Source of the DNA: Candidatus Omnitrophota bacterium
GTDB taxonomy: Bacteria > Omnitrophota > Omnitrophia > Omnitrophales > JACROU01
DNA length: 64,000 bases
Assembly (NCBI GenBank): GCA_016214265.1
Contig: JACROU010000045.1
Span: forward strand, 1,072 to 65,071
Direction of reading: 5' to 3'
Shown here: in pieces, positions 29,001-38,114 of the stretch
Layout of the letters: each line of letters starts with the position of its first letter
Position numbering within the stretch: position 1 is the stretch's first letter
Notes under the pieces: generated by a model
Database searches by the model: none
What the model saw: the letters and a program-made list of their open reading frames with translations, nothing else
Told to the model about the DNA's origin: nothing
Position numbers and translations under genes: made by a program

Positions 29001-32000
29001 CCAGATAAGGAACAACTTTTAACTGACGGTTCTGATCGGTTAAGTTTTCCACCGTGACATTCCACAATTCCGCAGTGGTTTCCAAATCGGGCAATCGGAT
29101 TTCAATTGTTGTCCGAATTCCGTTAGCAATGTTGACTACCTTCAACATACTATCCGTTTTTTCAAAATGAGAGGTTTCGAATTTTTCTTGCGGAAAATTA
29201 CCGATAATCGGCCAAGAATGTTTGTTTCCGGAATCAGACTGGGACGGATCCACGAGAAACAGAATTCTCCCGCACGGATCGATAATGTCGTAAGTGCGGC
29301 GCGTAATATCACATTCTTTTCCGAGAAGTTCGCTGTAAATCTCACCGTTTTCTTTCAGTGCAACTTTGTATTCCCTATTTTCCAATTCATAACTGGCGAT
29401 GCGGCGCTGGCGCGAACGATGACCGAGCGCACGAATCAGACACGCCACTCCCGTACACACCAATACGCAGGCGGCGATAAACAAGGCCATTTCGTACCAA
29501 GTTAGCGACTGCAAAAATGCCAGAAAACCTTTTCCCCGGTTCGCATTTTGAATAGCTTCGGAAGTGCTCCAGGCATAATCCCAGGCTTCACCGCGAGGAA
29601 GATAAAACGGAATCAACAGCGGACCCCATGTGGTGAAACGTTTCACTGCTTCGGGAATATAACGCTGTGCTGCGGCAGGTCCGATGAATTTTGCAATGCG
29701 TTCGTCGAGCTTGTCCATTCCGAGAAAGCTCAAATTCACCAGTGTGGCGACTCTCAGCCCCATGTGATCCATCCAAATCAGGATGCGGAAGAAATCAAAC
29801 GCCAGCACGTAAATAAACATCTGAAGACTCCAAGCCTGGAAAGTGCTTGGTGACATCGTCAAATTGTTGTAGGTCGCGAATAGGGTACGAATTGCGCCGT
29901 CTTGGTTGTACCACGTCGGATTCGGCATCATGCGCAGGAATGTAAAAATGATCGGCGCCATCCACAATCCCCACCGTAGAACGTAAATCATATGCTCGAC
30001 CAGCGTGGCAAATCCCGCCTTCGAGAAGAAAAACTTGATCGGCGCTTTGTCCTTCTCAAAGTACGCCTGCATAAACACTTTGTTGATCGCGAAGAGCCAC
30101 GCCGCGATCGACCAATTGATCACGCCCGCCAAGGATTCGGTGAACAGCAATTTGACGCCACCCGTGTATCCGCCCAAATCGATACGGCCCCATTTGTTGA
30201 TCAGCGGATAGGTGATGTAATCCACGCGCGGAATTCCAGCACTAAGATAAAGTTTGAATTTTTCGATAATGACTGGAACCTGCAGAGCGTCCAGATAAAA
30301 TGCCGCCGCGCTGCCGATAAATGCTCCAAGAAGCGAGTCAACAAAATACAGTCTCCAGGTCTGTATCCGTCCTTGGCCTTTCATTGCATACAAAATATCG
30401 CGCAAAACACTCACCCCGCCGGAAGCCAGAAAACCGATCAGAAGTCCGAAAGCAATTCGGGCTGACATTTCCACGCGGAACATGCCATTCGTTACCATGT
30501 ACGCAAAACCGAATCCCACCACCGCGCCCCGTAAATACAAAATCGCGTTACGGTAGCTATATGCCGCGCGGTCAAAAAACCGGATACTGCCATCAAACGT
30601 TTCGATAATAGTAGTAATTAATGGAAAGACCAGCGCGCCGGAAATGATGCCGATCAGAATCGGCATCGCGGCCATAATCTTCTGCACTGCCGTAGAACCG
30701 AGAAGCATGGACAACACATACAGAATGGCAACTAAAATACCGCTGTATGCCATACCCTTTCGCATGCCGGTGTTGACATGATTAAAAATACTCGTGTCAG
30801 TCGGGGCAATCCGTTTGCCGCCATCCAAAGCAATTCCGGTGATAAGATAAACTTCTCCCCACAATCCCGCGTAAGAAAGCATTGTGGTGATCACAGCAAC
30901 CAAGCCCTTCAGCAGCACTGGCAGTGACGCAACCACGGCCACGGACCCCAAATCCGCAATTTGCGGAGCAATCACCACACCCAACGAAACGAGGAAAATA
31001 TAGAAATGCGCCTTGCCGGAATTTAGCCACTTCCCTTTTGTAACTAAACTAATACCATTCGTCACCGCTTCATTGAAGACAAACGCAACAAGAAGCCGGC
31101 CGGTCACCGCGAGGATCAGCGGCCAAGCGGCCAGGACGCCGCCGGTAATTCCGTTCAGGACGGTTTGAATCAACGTGATGTTTTCCACCAACAAGAGCCA
31201 GCTGAAAAGATACGGCGTGACAACGGTCACAACGGCAGTAACAATTCTTAATTGTTTTCCGGAAGAACCGATCGTGCTTGCGTTCAGAATGTGATAAACG
31301 AGGAAGGTAATCGTAGCGATGAGATTGTTCAGCATGAAAAGCTGATTCCAGCTGCCGGGAGCCGCCAAGAGCGCCACTTTGCTAGACGATGCGGCCAAAA
31401 GTCCGGTCGCCAAAAGATTCTGCAATAGTTCACCGGCCGACAAATTTCTACCGGCAAGCTTGAGCATCAAGAGCTCAGGAATCAAAACGCCCAACAAGGC
31501 CAATCCGAGGAAATTGAAATTAAAACCCGCATCCAAAGGACTGGTTGTGCCCAGGGCAAAAATATTCACGGCAGCACCGCCCATCAACACAGCAATGACA
31601 CCGAAAAAGAAATCCATTTTCAGCGCGGAACCATTTGCCCTAGCGCGCACAGCGATATTAAAGCGTTCCACGTTGCTCAATTTCAATTTATTGGAATCCC
31701 CGCGGCTCAACAAACCGCCAAACAGCGAGGCCAACAAGAAAAGAAGAAAACCGGCCAGAACGATTAGACCAATTTTTACAAACGTAAGATTTTTCTGCAG
31801 AAAACTGAGATGGTTAAATTCAACATCAAAATAGAACGTTCCACTCGCCGCCTTGACATCCTTCGCCGGCGCCGCAGCCGCAGTCTGATTGGGACCAACA
31901 GCCGTAGATAACTTGGAACTGCCCGCCATCGGGCTGACGACAAAAACCACCTCGGTAAGCTGTCCGATCGTGCCCCAGCTGATCGGTTCGCGCAATGAAT

Positions 32001-33597
32001 TCCGTCCCGACTTCAGGTTGAGCGGAATGGTTTGCATCCCAGTGGTCCCCTTCACCTCAACTTTCACCGAAACTTCCAACAACTGCTCGCCCTTCGGAAC
32101 ATTCACGCCGATTTTGACAGCATCCGCACGGAACGAATTCAAATCGGGATGATAACTTTTTGTCCAAATCCCCACGACCGATCCCACAGGAACAGAATAA
32201 TCAAATTGCCAAACATCTTTATCCAGAGTTTCATCAAAAGTATTTTTGATCGATCCTTGCGACTGTCCGATATTGAACACGCCCTTTTCGCCGGCATCAA
32301 GCAGACTGAAGTATGGCGTAATCATGGAAACATCCGTTTTCGCGGGAGTCGAAAGCTTCACAAAATCCACAGCCAGGGATAAAATACCCTTCGCCACGTC
32401 GACATCCCCGACCGGAGCAAGAATAAAATCCACCCCTTTTAATTCGCCCAACTTTGTCCTATCGATTGATGTTTTAATCGAATTCCAACCGGATTTCAGC
32501 TGAACCGGAATATTCTGAACGCCTTTGGCCCCCTGGATCTGAGCTTCTAAAGAAATTTGGCTGGCCTGGCCGGAATTGGAAAGACGAACGCCAATTTTAG
32601 CTGTGTTAACAGAATCGGCGGTTAGAGCAGCCGGAAAATTCTTGGTCGAAATGGTTAATGCCGATCCCTTCGACAATGTGTAATCGAACTCCAAAATGTC
32701 TTTATCCACCACTTCATCACAGGTGGGAACGACGCGACCTTTCGCTGAACCGGACGGGGTCACAATTTTCTCTTTAGCGGACAAAATGCTAAATGCCGAA
32801 ACGACTGGGACCGGAGCGCTGGTCACTGGTGCAACAGGTTTTTCAGAATTTTCAGAATTAACAGCAGTTTTTCGGGGCTTAAAGGTTTTTACCTGAGGCT
32901 TGGCGACAACAGTTTGACTCACGGGGGCCTTACTACTATTAATAGAAGTAATAGAAGCCGGGGCGGTCACCGGGGCAGAACTCGCCTTCTTCGCAGGCGC
33001 CTGATTCACAAAATCGATAGCAAAAGATAACGTCCCCGTTACCATGTCACCTGATCCGGCCGCGCCCACTACGAAATCCACTTCACTCAAATCCCCGATT
33101 TTTTCCCAATCGATGGGCTGACTAATTGAATTCCAACCCGATTTCAGCTGAACCGGAATGCTTTGAACACCGGCGGATCCTTTGAAATCTAACTTGAGCG
33201 AAACCTGACTCGCCTGCTCGGCACTAGCCACTTTGACGCTAATTTTCGCTGTTTTAACCGAAGTCGCCGTCAAAGTAGCCGGAAAATTTTTGGACCAAAC
33301 GGTAATGGCTGCACTTTGAGGTATCGTATAATTGAATTCTAGAATATCTTTGTTGGTGGATTCATCAAAAGTGGAAATAACTCTTCCCTTTGCGGTGCCT
33401 TCATTGGAAACACCTTTTTGACGCGCATCGAGAAGATTAAAAGAAGAAGAGGAACTGCTGGCAGCGGAAACGTTAGCAAAAAAACCAGCAACAAAAACCG
33501 TCAGGATTGAAACAACAAAAGGGTTAAAACACAATTTTTTGCAAAGGGATGTTTTGCGGTACTCCATAATTTTCCAACTCAATCGCATCTCAACCAT
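26071..33597 (-). CDS. giant (2508 aa) membrane protein: signal peptide, 3 tandem carbohydrate-binding-like repeats, about 15-helix polytopic membrane region, C-terminal GH94 (cellobiose/beta-1,2-glucan phosphorylase-like) domain
   Basis: Complete ORF in the track. C-terminal motifs GAYGFRDQLQD (revcomp of about 27481-27515) and IQTGDWNDGLD are GH94 catalytic signatures; hydrophobic helices from about aa 600 to 1340; three repeats of about 150 aa at the N-terminus. Confidence 0.85.
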   Translation of the reverse strand: MVEMRLSWKIMEYRKTSLCKKLCFNPFVVSILTVFVAGFFANVSAASSSSSSFNLLDARQKGVSNEGTAKGRVISTFDESTNKDILEFNYTIPQSAAITVWSKNFPATLTATSVKTAKISVKVASAEQASQVSLKLDFKGSAGVQSIPVQLKSGWNSISQPIDWEKIGDLSEVDFVVGAAGSGDMVTGTLSFAIDFVNQAPAKKASSAPVTAPASITSINSSKAPVSQTVVAKPQVKTFKPRKTAVNSENSEKPVAPVTSAPVPVVSAFSILSAKEKIVTPSGSAKGRVVPTCDEVVDKDILEFDYTLSKGSALTISTKNFPAALTADSVNTAKIGVRLSNSGQASQISLEAQIQGAKGVQNIPVQLKSGWNSIKTSIDRTKLGELKGVDFILAPVGDVDVAKGILSLAVDFVKLSTPAKTDVSMITPYFSLLDAGEKGVFNIGQSQGSIKNTFDETLDKDVWQFDYSVPVGSVVGIWTKSYHPDLNSFRADAVKIGVNVPKGEQLLEVSVKVEVKGTTGMQTIPLNLKSGRNSLREPISWGTIGQLTEVVFVVSPMAGSSKLSTAVGPNQTAAAAPAKDVKAASGTFYFDVEFNHLSFLQKNLTFVKIGLIVLAGFLLFLLASLFGGLLSRGDSNKLKLSNVERFNIAVRARANGSALKMDFFFGVIAVLMGGAAVNIFALGTTSPLDAGFNFNFLGLALLGVLIPELLMLKLAGRNLSAGELLQNLLATGLLAASSSKVALLAAPGSWNQLFMLNNLIATITFLVYHILNASTIGSSGKQLRIVTAVVTVVTPYLFSWLLLVENITLIQTVLNGITGGVLAAWPLILAVTGRLLVAFVFNEAVTNGISLVTKGKWLNSGKAHFYIFLVSLGVVIAPQIADLGSVAVVASLPVLLKGLVAVITTMLSYAGLWGEVYLITGIALDGGKRIAPTDTSIFNHVNTGMRKGMAYSGILVAILYVLSMLLGSTAVQKIMAAMPILIGIISGALVFPLITTIIETFDGSIRFFDRAAYSYRNAILYLRGAVVGFGFAYMVTNGMFRVEMSARIAFGLLIGFLASGGVSVLRDILYAMKGQGRIQTWRLYFVDSLLGAFIGSAAAFYLDALQVPVIIEKFKLYLSAGIPRVDYITYPLINKWGRIDLGGYTGGVKLLFTESLAGVINWSIAAWLFAINKVFMQAYFEKDKAPIKFFFSKAGFATLVEHMIYVLRWGLWMAPIIFTFLRMMPNPTWYNQDGAIRTLFATYNNLTMSPSTFQAWSLQMFIYVLAFDFFRILIWMDHMGLRVATLVNLSFLGMDKLDERIAKFIGPAAAQRYIPEAVKRFTTWGPLLIPFYLPRGEAWDYAWSTSEAIQNANRGKGFLAFLQSLTWYEMALFIAACVLVCTGVACLIRALGHRSRQRRIASYELENREYKVALKENGEIYSELLGKECDITRRTYDIIDPCGRILFLVDPSQSDSGNKHSWPIIGNFPQEKFETSHFEKTDSMLKVVNIANGIRTTIEIRLPDLETTAELWNVTVENLTDQNRQLKVVPYLEWVLQGGIHDRFHTQYSRLFPEMEYVSKANAVLAWQKGTKSIGILAADIAPEGFLTSRMDFIGRARSIWEPRIFETFDFLESRDTAPYPTFDPIGSLMLGVTVEARASKSVRLMVGYAKNKEAALDLIQKHLKPHVDRTLSGAPVKKKFPLIGHGEIPPGTPQPYSEYIDQGRKLLVHTPFTPRPYDHAMSNEIHSVMVTNRGLHTSCNGNSQQNRLTPDWPDTVTKEIPAEAIYLYDPDSNEWFSPTYHPLNKTTAKHESEFGVDGTAVFRMTDGSLSTELTVFVPPTEPTGVYLLTVKNTSDKSRRMRVAPYFQMVLSFQPERAGNLPVEHDKISGALYFENPRNIFRSGWAFASMSIPAKCVETLRGRFFGSGRGVTRPFFVEEGRPDIAQYTDIRQIAGFLGSVEIPAHGECTISVILGQADDKKEARQIVQKYKNIQNVQNSLEETRNWWLSLIKTAEINTNNPEFDHLQNWLKYQAIAERVWARRGFYQTSGAYGFRDQLQDTVNLIWVDPALARKQIILHASHQFYEGDVYHWFFTLTDGRTAFSCRSQASDNPVWLAWGAVEYVRATGDHSILDEVTSYVSAEFPYAPLPKNKGGWGHIYHRSTRSDSVYRHCLRSLDLVLEKRTGKNGLPLIQTGDWNDGLDEIGSEGKGESIWLGFFVYYILKNMLDIIEKKDGAKRKEHYQKKMTALGEALEKTWREDRYLRAFHDDGTEIGIKGSGVWEIDALTAAWAVMAGINQERALTVFNTALSVLEKENAILLGWPALREDTKPYLGRSSKYPEGVRENGMYCHGVQWLVRAARILSEQFQSQGNEAKAKEYREIAYRLWLKISPISHVVPQEIEIYGGQPNKQSADILTNFDQGRMIWHGYTGAAGWMLRQAFEGVVGATLEQNELVLPADLDEPRGGLIINRVFRDVTQSPLKKHDASLRKNIANSLRANSFSKGRVTISAPEADTAVKTFRSAEESE
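26250..29400 (-). other. GH94 glycoside-phosphorylase-like module (N-terminal beta-sandwich, helical linker, (alpha/alpha)6 catalytic barrel, C-terminal beta domain)
   Basis: GAYGFRDQLQD and GDWNDGLD motifs; WNV...YLEWVLQGG N-terminal sandwich-like region; established GH94 layout. Confidence 0.75.
29580..31800 (-). other. polytopic membrane region (about 15 predicted TM helices) of the 2508-aa protein
   Basis: Continuous run of 18-25-residue hydrophobic segments separated by short loops (e.g. IGLIVLAGFLLFLLASLFGGLL, FFFGVIAVLMGGAAVNIFALG, MAYSGILVAILYVLSMLLG). No soluble DxD glycosyltransferase domain seen. Confidence 0.6.
31810..33444 (-). repeat. three tandem in-frame repeats of about 150 aa each encoding a beta-rich putative carbohydrate-binding module (aa about 52-198, 268-415, 429-596)
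   Basis: Protein-level repeats, e.g. DILEFNYTIPQSAAITVWSKNFPATLTATSVKTAKISV...IPVQLKSGWNSISQPIDWEKIGDLSEVDFVV versus DILEFDYTLSKGSALTISTKNFPAALTADSVNTAKIGV...IPVQLKSGWNSIKTSIDRTKLGELKGVDFIL versus DVWQFDYSVPVGSVVGIWTKSYHPDLNSFRADAVKIGV...IPLNLKSGRNSLREPISWGTIGQLTEVVFVV. Confidence 0.75.
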
Positions 33598-33616
33598 CCT
33601 GTTCTAATTCAGGGGT

Positions 33617-33628
33617 GGGGAATTCCCC
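33617..33628. promoter_or_regulatory. perfect 12-bp palindrome GGGGAATTCCCC about 20 bp upstream of the 2508-aa gene start codon
   Basis: Seen at 33617-33628 in the 5' untranslated / promoter region. Confidence 0.3.
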
Positions 33629-33811
33629 CCAAATTTTTTATGATTTTTGAATCCATATCATCTTAAGCGAAAAAAGAAAAAAGATAATATTGCGATAACC
33701 CTTTTACGAAGAGGCCGAAATTATAGCAGATAAACCGTATTTTGCGAGGATTTTGCCCCCTTTTTTTCGGGGGGGAATGGGCTCAAGCCACTCTGGCTCA
33801 ACAACCTAGAA

Positions 33812-34336
33812 TCAATACTGAATTAGCGAAAAAACGGGATATTTTTTCAGTTTATCCCGGCCTTTGAGGAAAGAAAGCTCAATCAGGAATCCAAATCCTT
33901 CGATAATCCCGCCGAGTTTTTCGATCAGCTTAGCCACCGACTTCGAAGTTCCCCCAGTCGCCAGAAGATCATCAATCACAAGGACCCGGGTTCCCTTCTC
34001 GATAGCATCCTTGTGAATCTCCAATGAGTCCGTACCGTATTCAAGTTGATAGGTAACAGAAACGGTTTTATGCGGGAGTTTGCCTTTTTTGCGGATAGGA
34101 ATAAATCCGACGCCTAGACGGGCGGCAATCATGGGTGCGAAAATGAATCCGCGTGATTCGATGCCGGCGACCACGTCTACATCCATTTTTCTGGCTTCTT
34201 CCACCATAAGATCGGCAACGAGCTTCAGAGACTCGCCATCTTTCAGAAGGGTCGTAATATCTTTGAAAACAATCCCTTTTTTCGGAAAATCAGCAACGTC
34301 ACGAATGCGCTCTTTCAGTCTTGCAACTTGAATCAT
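33812..34336 (-). CDS. apt: adenine phosphoribosyltransferase
   Basis: PRPP-binding VLVIDDLLATGGT; FPKKGIVFKDIT N-terminal motif. Start at MIQVARL; the track start 34360 is 8 codons longer. Confidence 0.85.
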   Translation of the reverse strand: MIQVARLKERIRDVADFPKKGIVFKDITTLLKDGESLKLVADLMVEEARKMDVDVVAGIESRGFIFAPMIAARLGVGFIPIRKKGKLPHKTVSVTYQLEYGTDSLEIHKDAIEKGTRVLVIDDLLATGGTSKSVAKLIEKLGGIIEGFGFLIELSFLKGRDKLKKYPVFSLIQY

Positions 34337-34366
34337 CGTAGGCACTTTTTTTCTCCTCACGGTGGA

Positions 34367-35275
34367 TCAGCTGACATAGTTTTCGAGTTTGTCGTGCTCA
34401 ACCAACAGCTGAGCTTTGATTTTCCGGATCGCGATTGCCTCAATCTGGCGAACGCGTTCGCGGGTAATATCAAATTGCTTTGCGGTTTCTTCAAGGGTGT
34501 GCGGTTCCTGGCCCCGGAGACCAAACCTTAATACAATTACTTTTTTCTCCCGCTCGTCGAGACAATCTAATAGTTTATCAATACGCTCGGTTTTAAAGAC
34601 TTCTTCGGTGTTTTGAATCGGCTGGTCATAATTCTCGTCCTGAATCAAATCAATCAATTCCGCGGATCCGTCAATGCTAAGCGGCGCGTTGAGCGAGCTG
34701 GGTCGATTCGCAATATTTTCAATTTCTTTGATTTTAGAGGCTGGAACTTTCATGATTTTGGCGATTTCATTGCGCGTCGGAACACGGTCCAGTTTTTGAG
34801 TCAGAGCGTCGCGGACTTTTCTCCACTTGGATACAATATCAAACATGTAGACGGGAATGCGGATGGTCTTCCCCTGATTGGACAGCGCGCGCATAATCGC
34901 CTGCTTGATCCACCAGGAAGCATATGTAGAAAACCGATAGCCTTTCTTATAATTGAATTTGTCGACAGCACGCATCAGTCCGATATTGCCTTCTTCGACC
35001 AGATCCGAGAACGAAAGCCCCAAATTGGTGTAGCGCTTGGCAATGCTAATCACCAGGCGCAAATTGCTGCGAATCATTTTATGGCGTGCCCGCCCTGCCG
35101 TGCGTGATCTTGCGTTTATTTCTTTCGCTAAATCTACTTCTTCTTGAGGAGTTAAAAGAGGTATTTTCTCAATTTGCTTGAGATAAATAGACATCGGCGT
35201 TTGGCTTGAAATTCCGCCGCCTGACGTACTTGGAGCTTTAAACTTGAATTTCTTGTGTTCTACTTTTTTCCGCAT
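34367..35275 (-). CDS. RNA polymerase sigma factor, sigma-70 family (RpoD/RpoS-like group, 302 aa)
   Basis: Region 2 [26 protein letters not shown]...[10 protein letters not shown]; region 4.2 [30 protein letters not shown]. Confidence 0.85.
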   Translation of the reverse strand: MRKKVEHKKFKFKAPSTSGGGISSQTPMSIYLKQIEKIPLLTPQEEVDLAKEINARSRTAGRARHKMIRSNLRLVISIAKRYTNLGLSFSDLVEEGNIGLMRAVDKFNYKKGYRFSTYASWWIKQAIMRALSNQGKTIRIPVYMFDIVSKWRKVRDALTQKLDRVPTRNEIAKIMKVPASKIKEIENIANRPSSLNAPLSIDGSAELIDLIQDENYDQPIQNTEEVFKTERIDKLLDCLDEREKKVIVLRFGLRGQEPHTLEETAKQFDITRERVRQIEAIAIRKIKAQLLVEHDKLENYVS

Positions 35276-35405
35276 AAGAACCCTGTGGTGGGATAAATGG
35301 TCCTATAATTTACGGCTAACTTACGGTTTTATTGAGCACCAGAGTCCCGGGCTAGGTGCCAGGTTCATGAACCTGGCACCTAATTTCCGGAAATTTCCAG
35401 ATTTT

Positions 35406-38093
35406 TTACTTCTTTGCCAGCTTCAGTTCTGCCTGAGCTGCGGCCAAACGGGCAATGGGAACCCGGTACGGCGAACAGCTGACATAGTTCATCCCAACGG
35501 CCACGCAGAAGTTAACGGAATCGGGGTCGCCGCCCTGCTCTCCGCAAATGCCTACTTTTAGCCCCGGACGAACTTTGCGTCCCTTCTCGATCCCCATCCG
35601 CATCAGAGAACCGACACCCTCGGTATCGATTGACTGGAACGGATCTTTATCGAGAATTTCAAGCGACAGATAACTTTCAAGGAAAGTCGCCGCGTCATCA
35701 CGCGAAAATCCGTAAGTCATCTGGGTCAGATCGTTCGTTCCGTAAGAAAAGAACTCGGCCGCCTCGGCAATTTTATCCGCCGTCAGCGCCGCGCGCGGCA
35801 CTTCGATCATGGTTCCGATCATGAACTGCACTTTGTCGTTTTTCTCACTGAACACCTTTTCAATGACTTTCAGTGATTTATCTTTCAGGAATGTGAATTC
35901 CTTGAGAGTACCGACAAGAGGAATCATGATTTCCGGAAGTACTTTAATGCCTTTACGCTTCATATTGATTGCAGCTTCAATGATTGCGCGCACCTGCATC
36001 TCATAAATTTCCGGGAACGTGATACCCAAACGGCAGCCGCGATGTCCCAGCATGGGATTGAATTCGCTCAAGATATGCACTTTGTGTTTAATCTTGTCGA
36101 TTGAAACGCCCATCACCTGAGCCATTTCCTGCTGCGAAGCTTCTTCGTGCGGCAAGAATTCATGCAGCGGTGGGTCGAGCAAACGAACCGTCACAGGCAA
36201 GTCGTTCATCGCGCTGAAAATCCCCTCAAAATCCTTCCGTTGAATAGGAAGCAATTTAAGGAGCGCCTTTTCACGCTCCGCCGTGTTCTCGGCCAAAATC
36301 ATTTCACGCATCGCAATAATGCGGTCAGCCTCGAAAAACATGTGCTCGGTGCGGCAAAGACCTATACCTTCGGCGCCGAATTTCCGTGCAACCTGCGCAT
36401 CGTTCGGCGTGTCGGCATTGGTACGGACCTTGATCTTGCGATATTTGTCAGCCCATTTCATAAGCCGGTCAAAATCGCTGCTCAGTTCTGGTTCAACGGT
36501 TTTCACCTGGCCAAGATAAACTTCACCCAGCGAACCGTCCATCGAAATCCAATCGCCTTCTTTCACTTCAACGCCTTCGACCTTGAAGATCTTTTTGTCA
36601 TAATTAATATCGAGTTCACTCACTCCAGCCACGCAACATTTACCCATTCCGCGGGCAACCACAGCCGCATGCGAAGTCATACCGCCACGCGCCGTCAAAA
36701 TTCCTTGAGCGGCGTTCATACCGGCGATATCTTCGGGTGAGGTTTCTTCGCGAACCAAAATCACTTTGGTTCCCTTTTTCGCGAGCTCTTCGGCATGTTC
36801 CGCGGTAAACACGACTTCGCCTGAAGCCGCGCCCGGGGACGCCGGAAGACCTTTTGCGATTTTCTTTTTCTTCACTTTCGGATCAAAGTTGGGATGCAAG
36901 AGCTGATCCAGCTGTTTCGGCTGAACGCGCATAACCGCCTGGGCTTCCGTAATCATTTTCTCGCGCACAAATTCGCAAGCAATTCGGACCGCGGCGGCGG
37001 CTGTTCTTTTTCCGGAACGGGTCTGGAGAAAATAAAGCTTCCCTTCCTGAATCGTAAATTCCATATCCTGCATGTCCCGGTAATGCTTCTCGAGCCGGTC
37101 CTTGATCGCCACAAGCTCGCCGTAAATCCGGGGCATTTCTTTCTTGAGGATATTCAAAGGTTTCGGCGTGCGGATACCAGCCACAACGTCTTCACCCTGA
37201 GCGTTGATCAAATATTCCCCGTAAAATACTTTTTCTCCGGTAGAGGGGTCCCGCGAAAAGCAAACGCCGGTTCCGGATGTCTCGCCCATATTGCCGAACA
37301 CCATGGCTTGAGCGGTCACCGCGGTTCCCATAAGTCCCTTGATATTATTCAGCTCGCGATATTTGAGTGCGCGCGGATTATTCCACGATCCAAAAACCGC
37401 GTTGATCGCTTTGAACAACTGCTCGATGGGGTCCTGAGGAAATTCCTCGCCGGTTTTGTCTTTGTAGATTTTTTTGTATTGCCGAACGATTTCTTTCAGG
37501 TCCGCGGCGGAAAGATCCATATCCGCTTTCGCACCAACCTGTTTTTTCTTGGTTTCAAGAATGTGCTCGAATTCATCGTGATCCACGTTCATCACAACGT
37601 CACCGAACATTTGAATGAAACGGCGATAGCTGTCCCATGCGAAACGTTCGTTCTCGGTTTTGATGATAATTCCCTGAACTACTTCGGAATTGAGTCCGAG
37701 ATTCAACACAGTATCCATCATGCCCGGCATCGACACCGCGGCACCGGAACGAACGGAAACAAGCAGCGGATTTTCTTTGCTGCCAAATTTTGCGCCCATG
37801 GATTTCTCAAGTTTCGCCAAATTATCAAGAATTTGCTGTTCCAGTCCGGCTGGCCATTTTTTGGCGTTCTGGTAATACAAATTGCAAACTTCTGTGGTGA
37901 TCGTAAATCCCGGAGGAACGGGTATTCCCAAATTGGTCATTTCAGCCAGGTTGGCTCCCTTGCCTCCCAAGAGCGGCTTCATCTCGGCTTTACCTTCTGC
38001 CTTGCCGCTTCCAAAAAAATAAACGAACTTCCCTCCTGTCTTTTTCACTCGAGTCCTTCCTTTCTCTGATTTAGCCTTCAAAAACGTTGCCAT
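35406..38093 (-). CDS. ppdK: pyruvate, phosphate dikinase
   Basis: 895 aa; N-terminal ATP-grasp, phospho-His motif GGMTSHAAVVARGMG, C-terminal PEP-utilising TIM barrel. Confidence 0.92.
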   Translation of the reverse strand: MATFLKAKSEKGRTRVKKTGGKFVYFFGSGKAEGKAEMKPLLGGKGANLAEMTNLGIPVPPGFTITTEVCNLYYQNAKKWPAGLEQQILDNLAKLEKSMGAKFGSKENPLLVSVRSGAAVSMPGMMDTVLNLGLNSEVVQGIIIKTENERFAWDSYRRFIQMFGDVVMNVDHDEFEHILETKKKQVGAKADMDLSAADLKEIVRQYKKIYKDKTGEEFPQDPIEQLFKAINAVFGSWNNPRALKYRELNNIKGLMGTAVTAQAMVFGNMGETSGTGVCFSRDPSTGEKVFYGEYLINAQGEDVVAGIRTPKPLNILKKEMPRIYGELVAIKDRLEKHYRDMQDMEFTIQEGKLYFLQTRSGKRTAAAAVRIACEFVREKMITEAQAVMRVQPKQLDQLLHPNFDPKVKKKKIAKGLPASPGAASGEVVFTAEHAEELAKKGTKVILVREETSPEDIAGMNAAQGILTARGGMTSHAAVVARGMGKCCVAGVSELDINYDKKIFKVEGVEVKEGDWISMDGSLGEVYLGQVKTVEPELSSDFDRLMKWADKYRKIKVRTNADTPNDAQVARKFGAEGIGLCRTEHMFFEADRIIAMREMILAENTAEREKALLKLLPIQRKDFEGIFSAMNDLPVTVRLLDPPLHEFLPHEEASQQEMAQVMGVSIDKIKHKVHILSEFNPMLGHRGCRLGITFPEIYEMQVRAIIEAAINMKRKGIKVLPEIMIPLVGTLKEFTFLKDKSLKVIEKVFSEKNDKVQFMIGTMIEVPRAALTADKIAEAAEFFSYGTNDLTQMTYGFSRDDAATFLESYLSLEILDKDPFQSIDTEGVGSLMRMGIEKGRKVRPGLKVGICGEQGGDPDSVNFCVAVGMNYVSCSPYRVPIARLAAAQAELKLAKK

Positions 38094-38114
38094 TTCTAAT
38101 GCTCCTTTCTAGAT

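Noticed and set aside
31810-33444. Possible CRISPR array or other DNA-level tandem repeat
   Set aside because: Repeat units are about 440 nt, in-frame, coding and diverged at synonymous positions (protein-domain duplication); no short direct repeats with unique spacers anywhere in the window.
33735-33765. gccccc-ttttttt-cggggggg element as an intrinsic terminator for apt
   Set aside because: Stem is only C5/G5 with the T-run inside the loop, and no U-tract follows in the apt orientation; left unannotated.
36894-38069. 391-aa plus-strand ORF
   Set aside because: Entirely antisense to ppdK, whose protein has unmistakable PPDK motifs; low-complexity Arg/Gly-rich translation typical of antisense frames.
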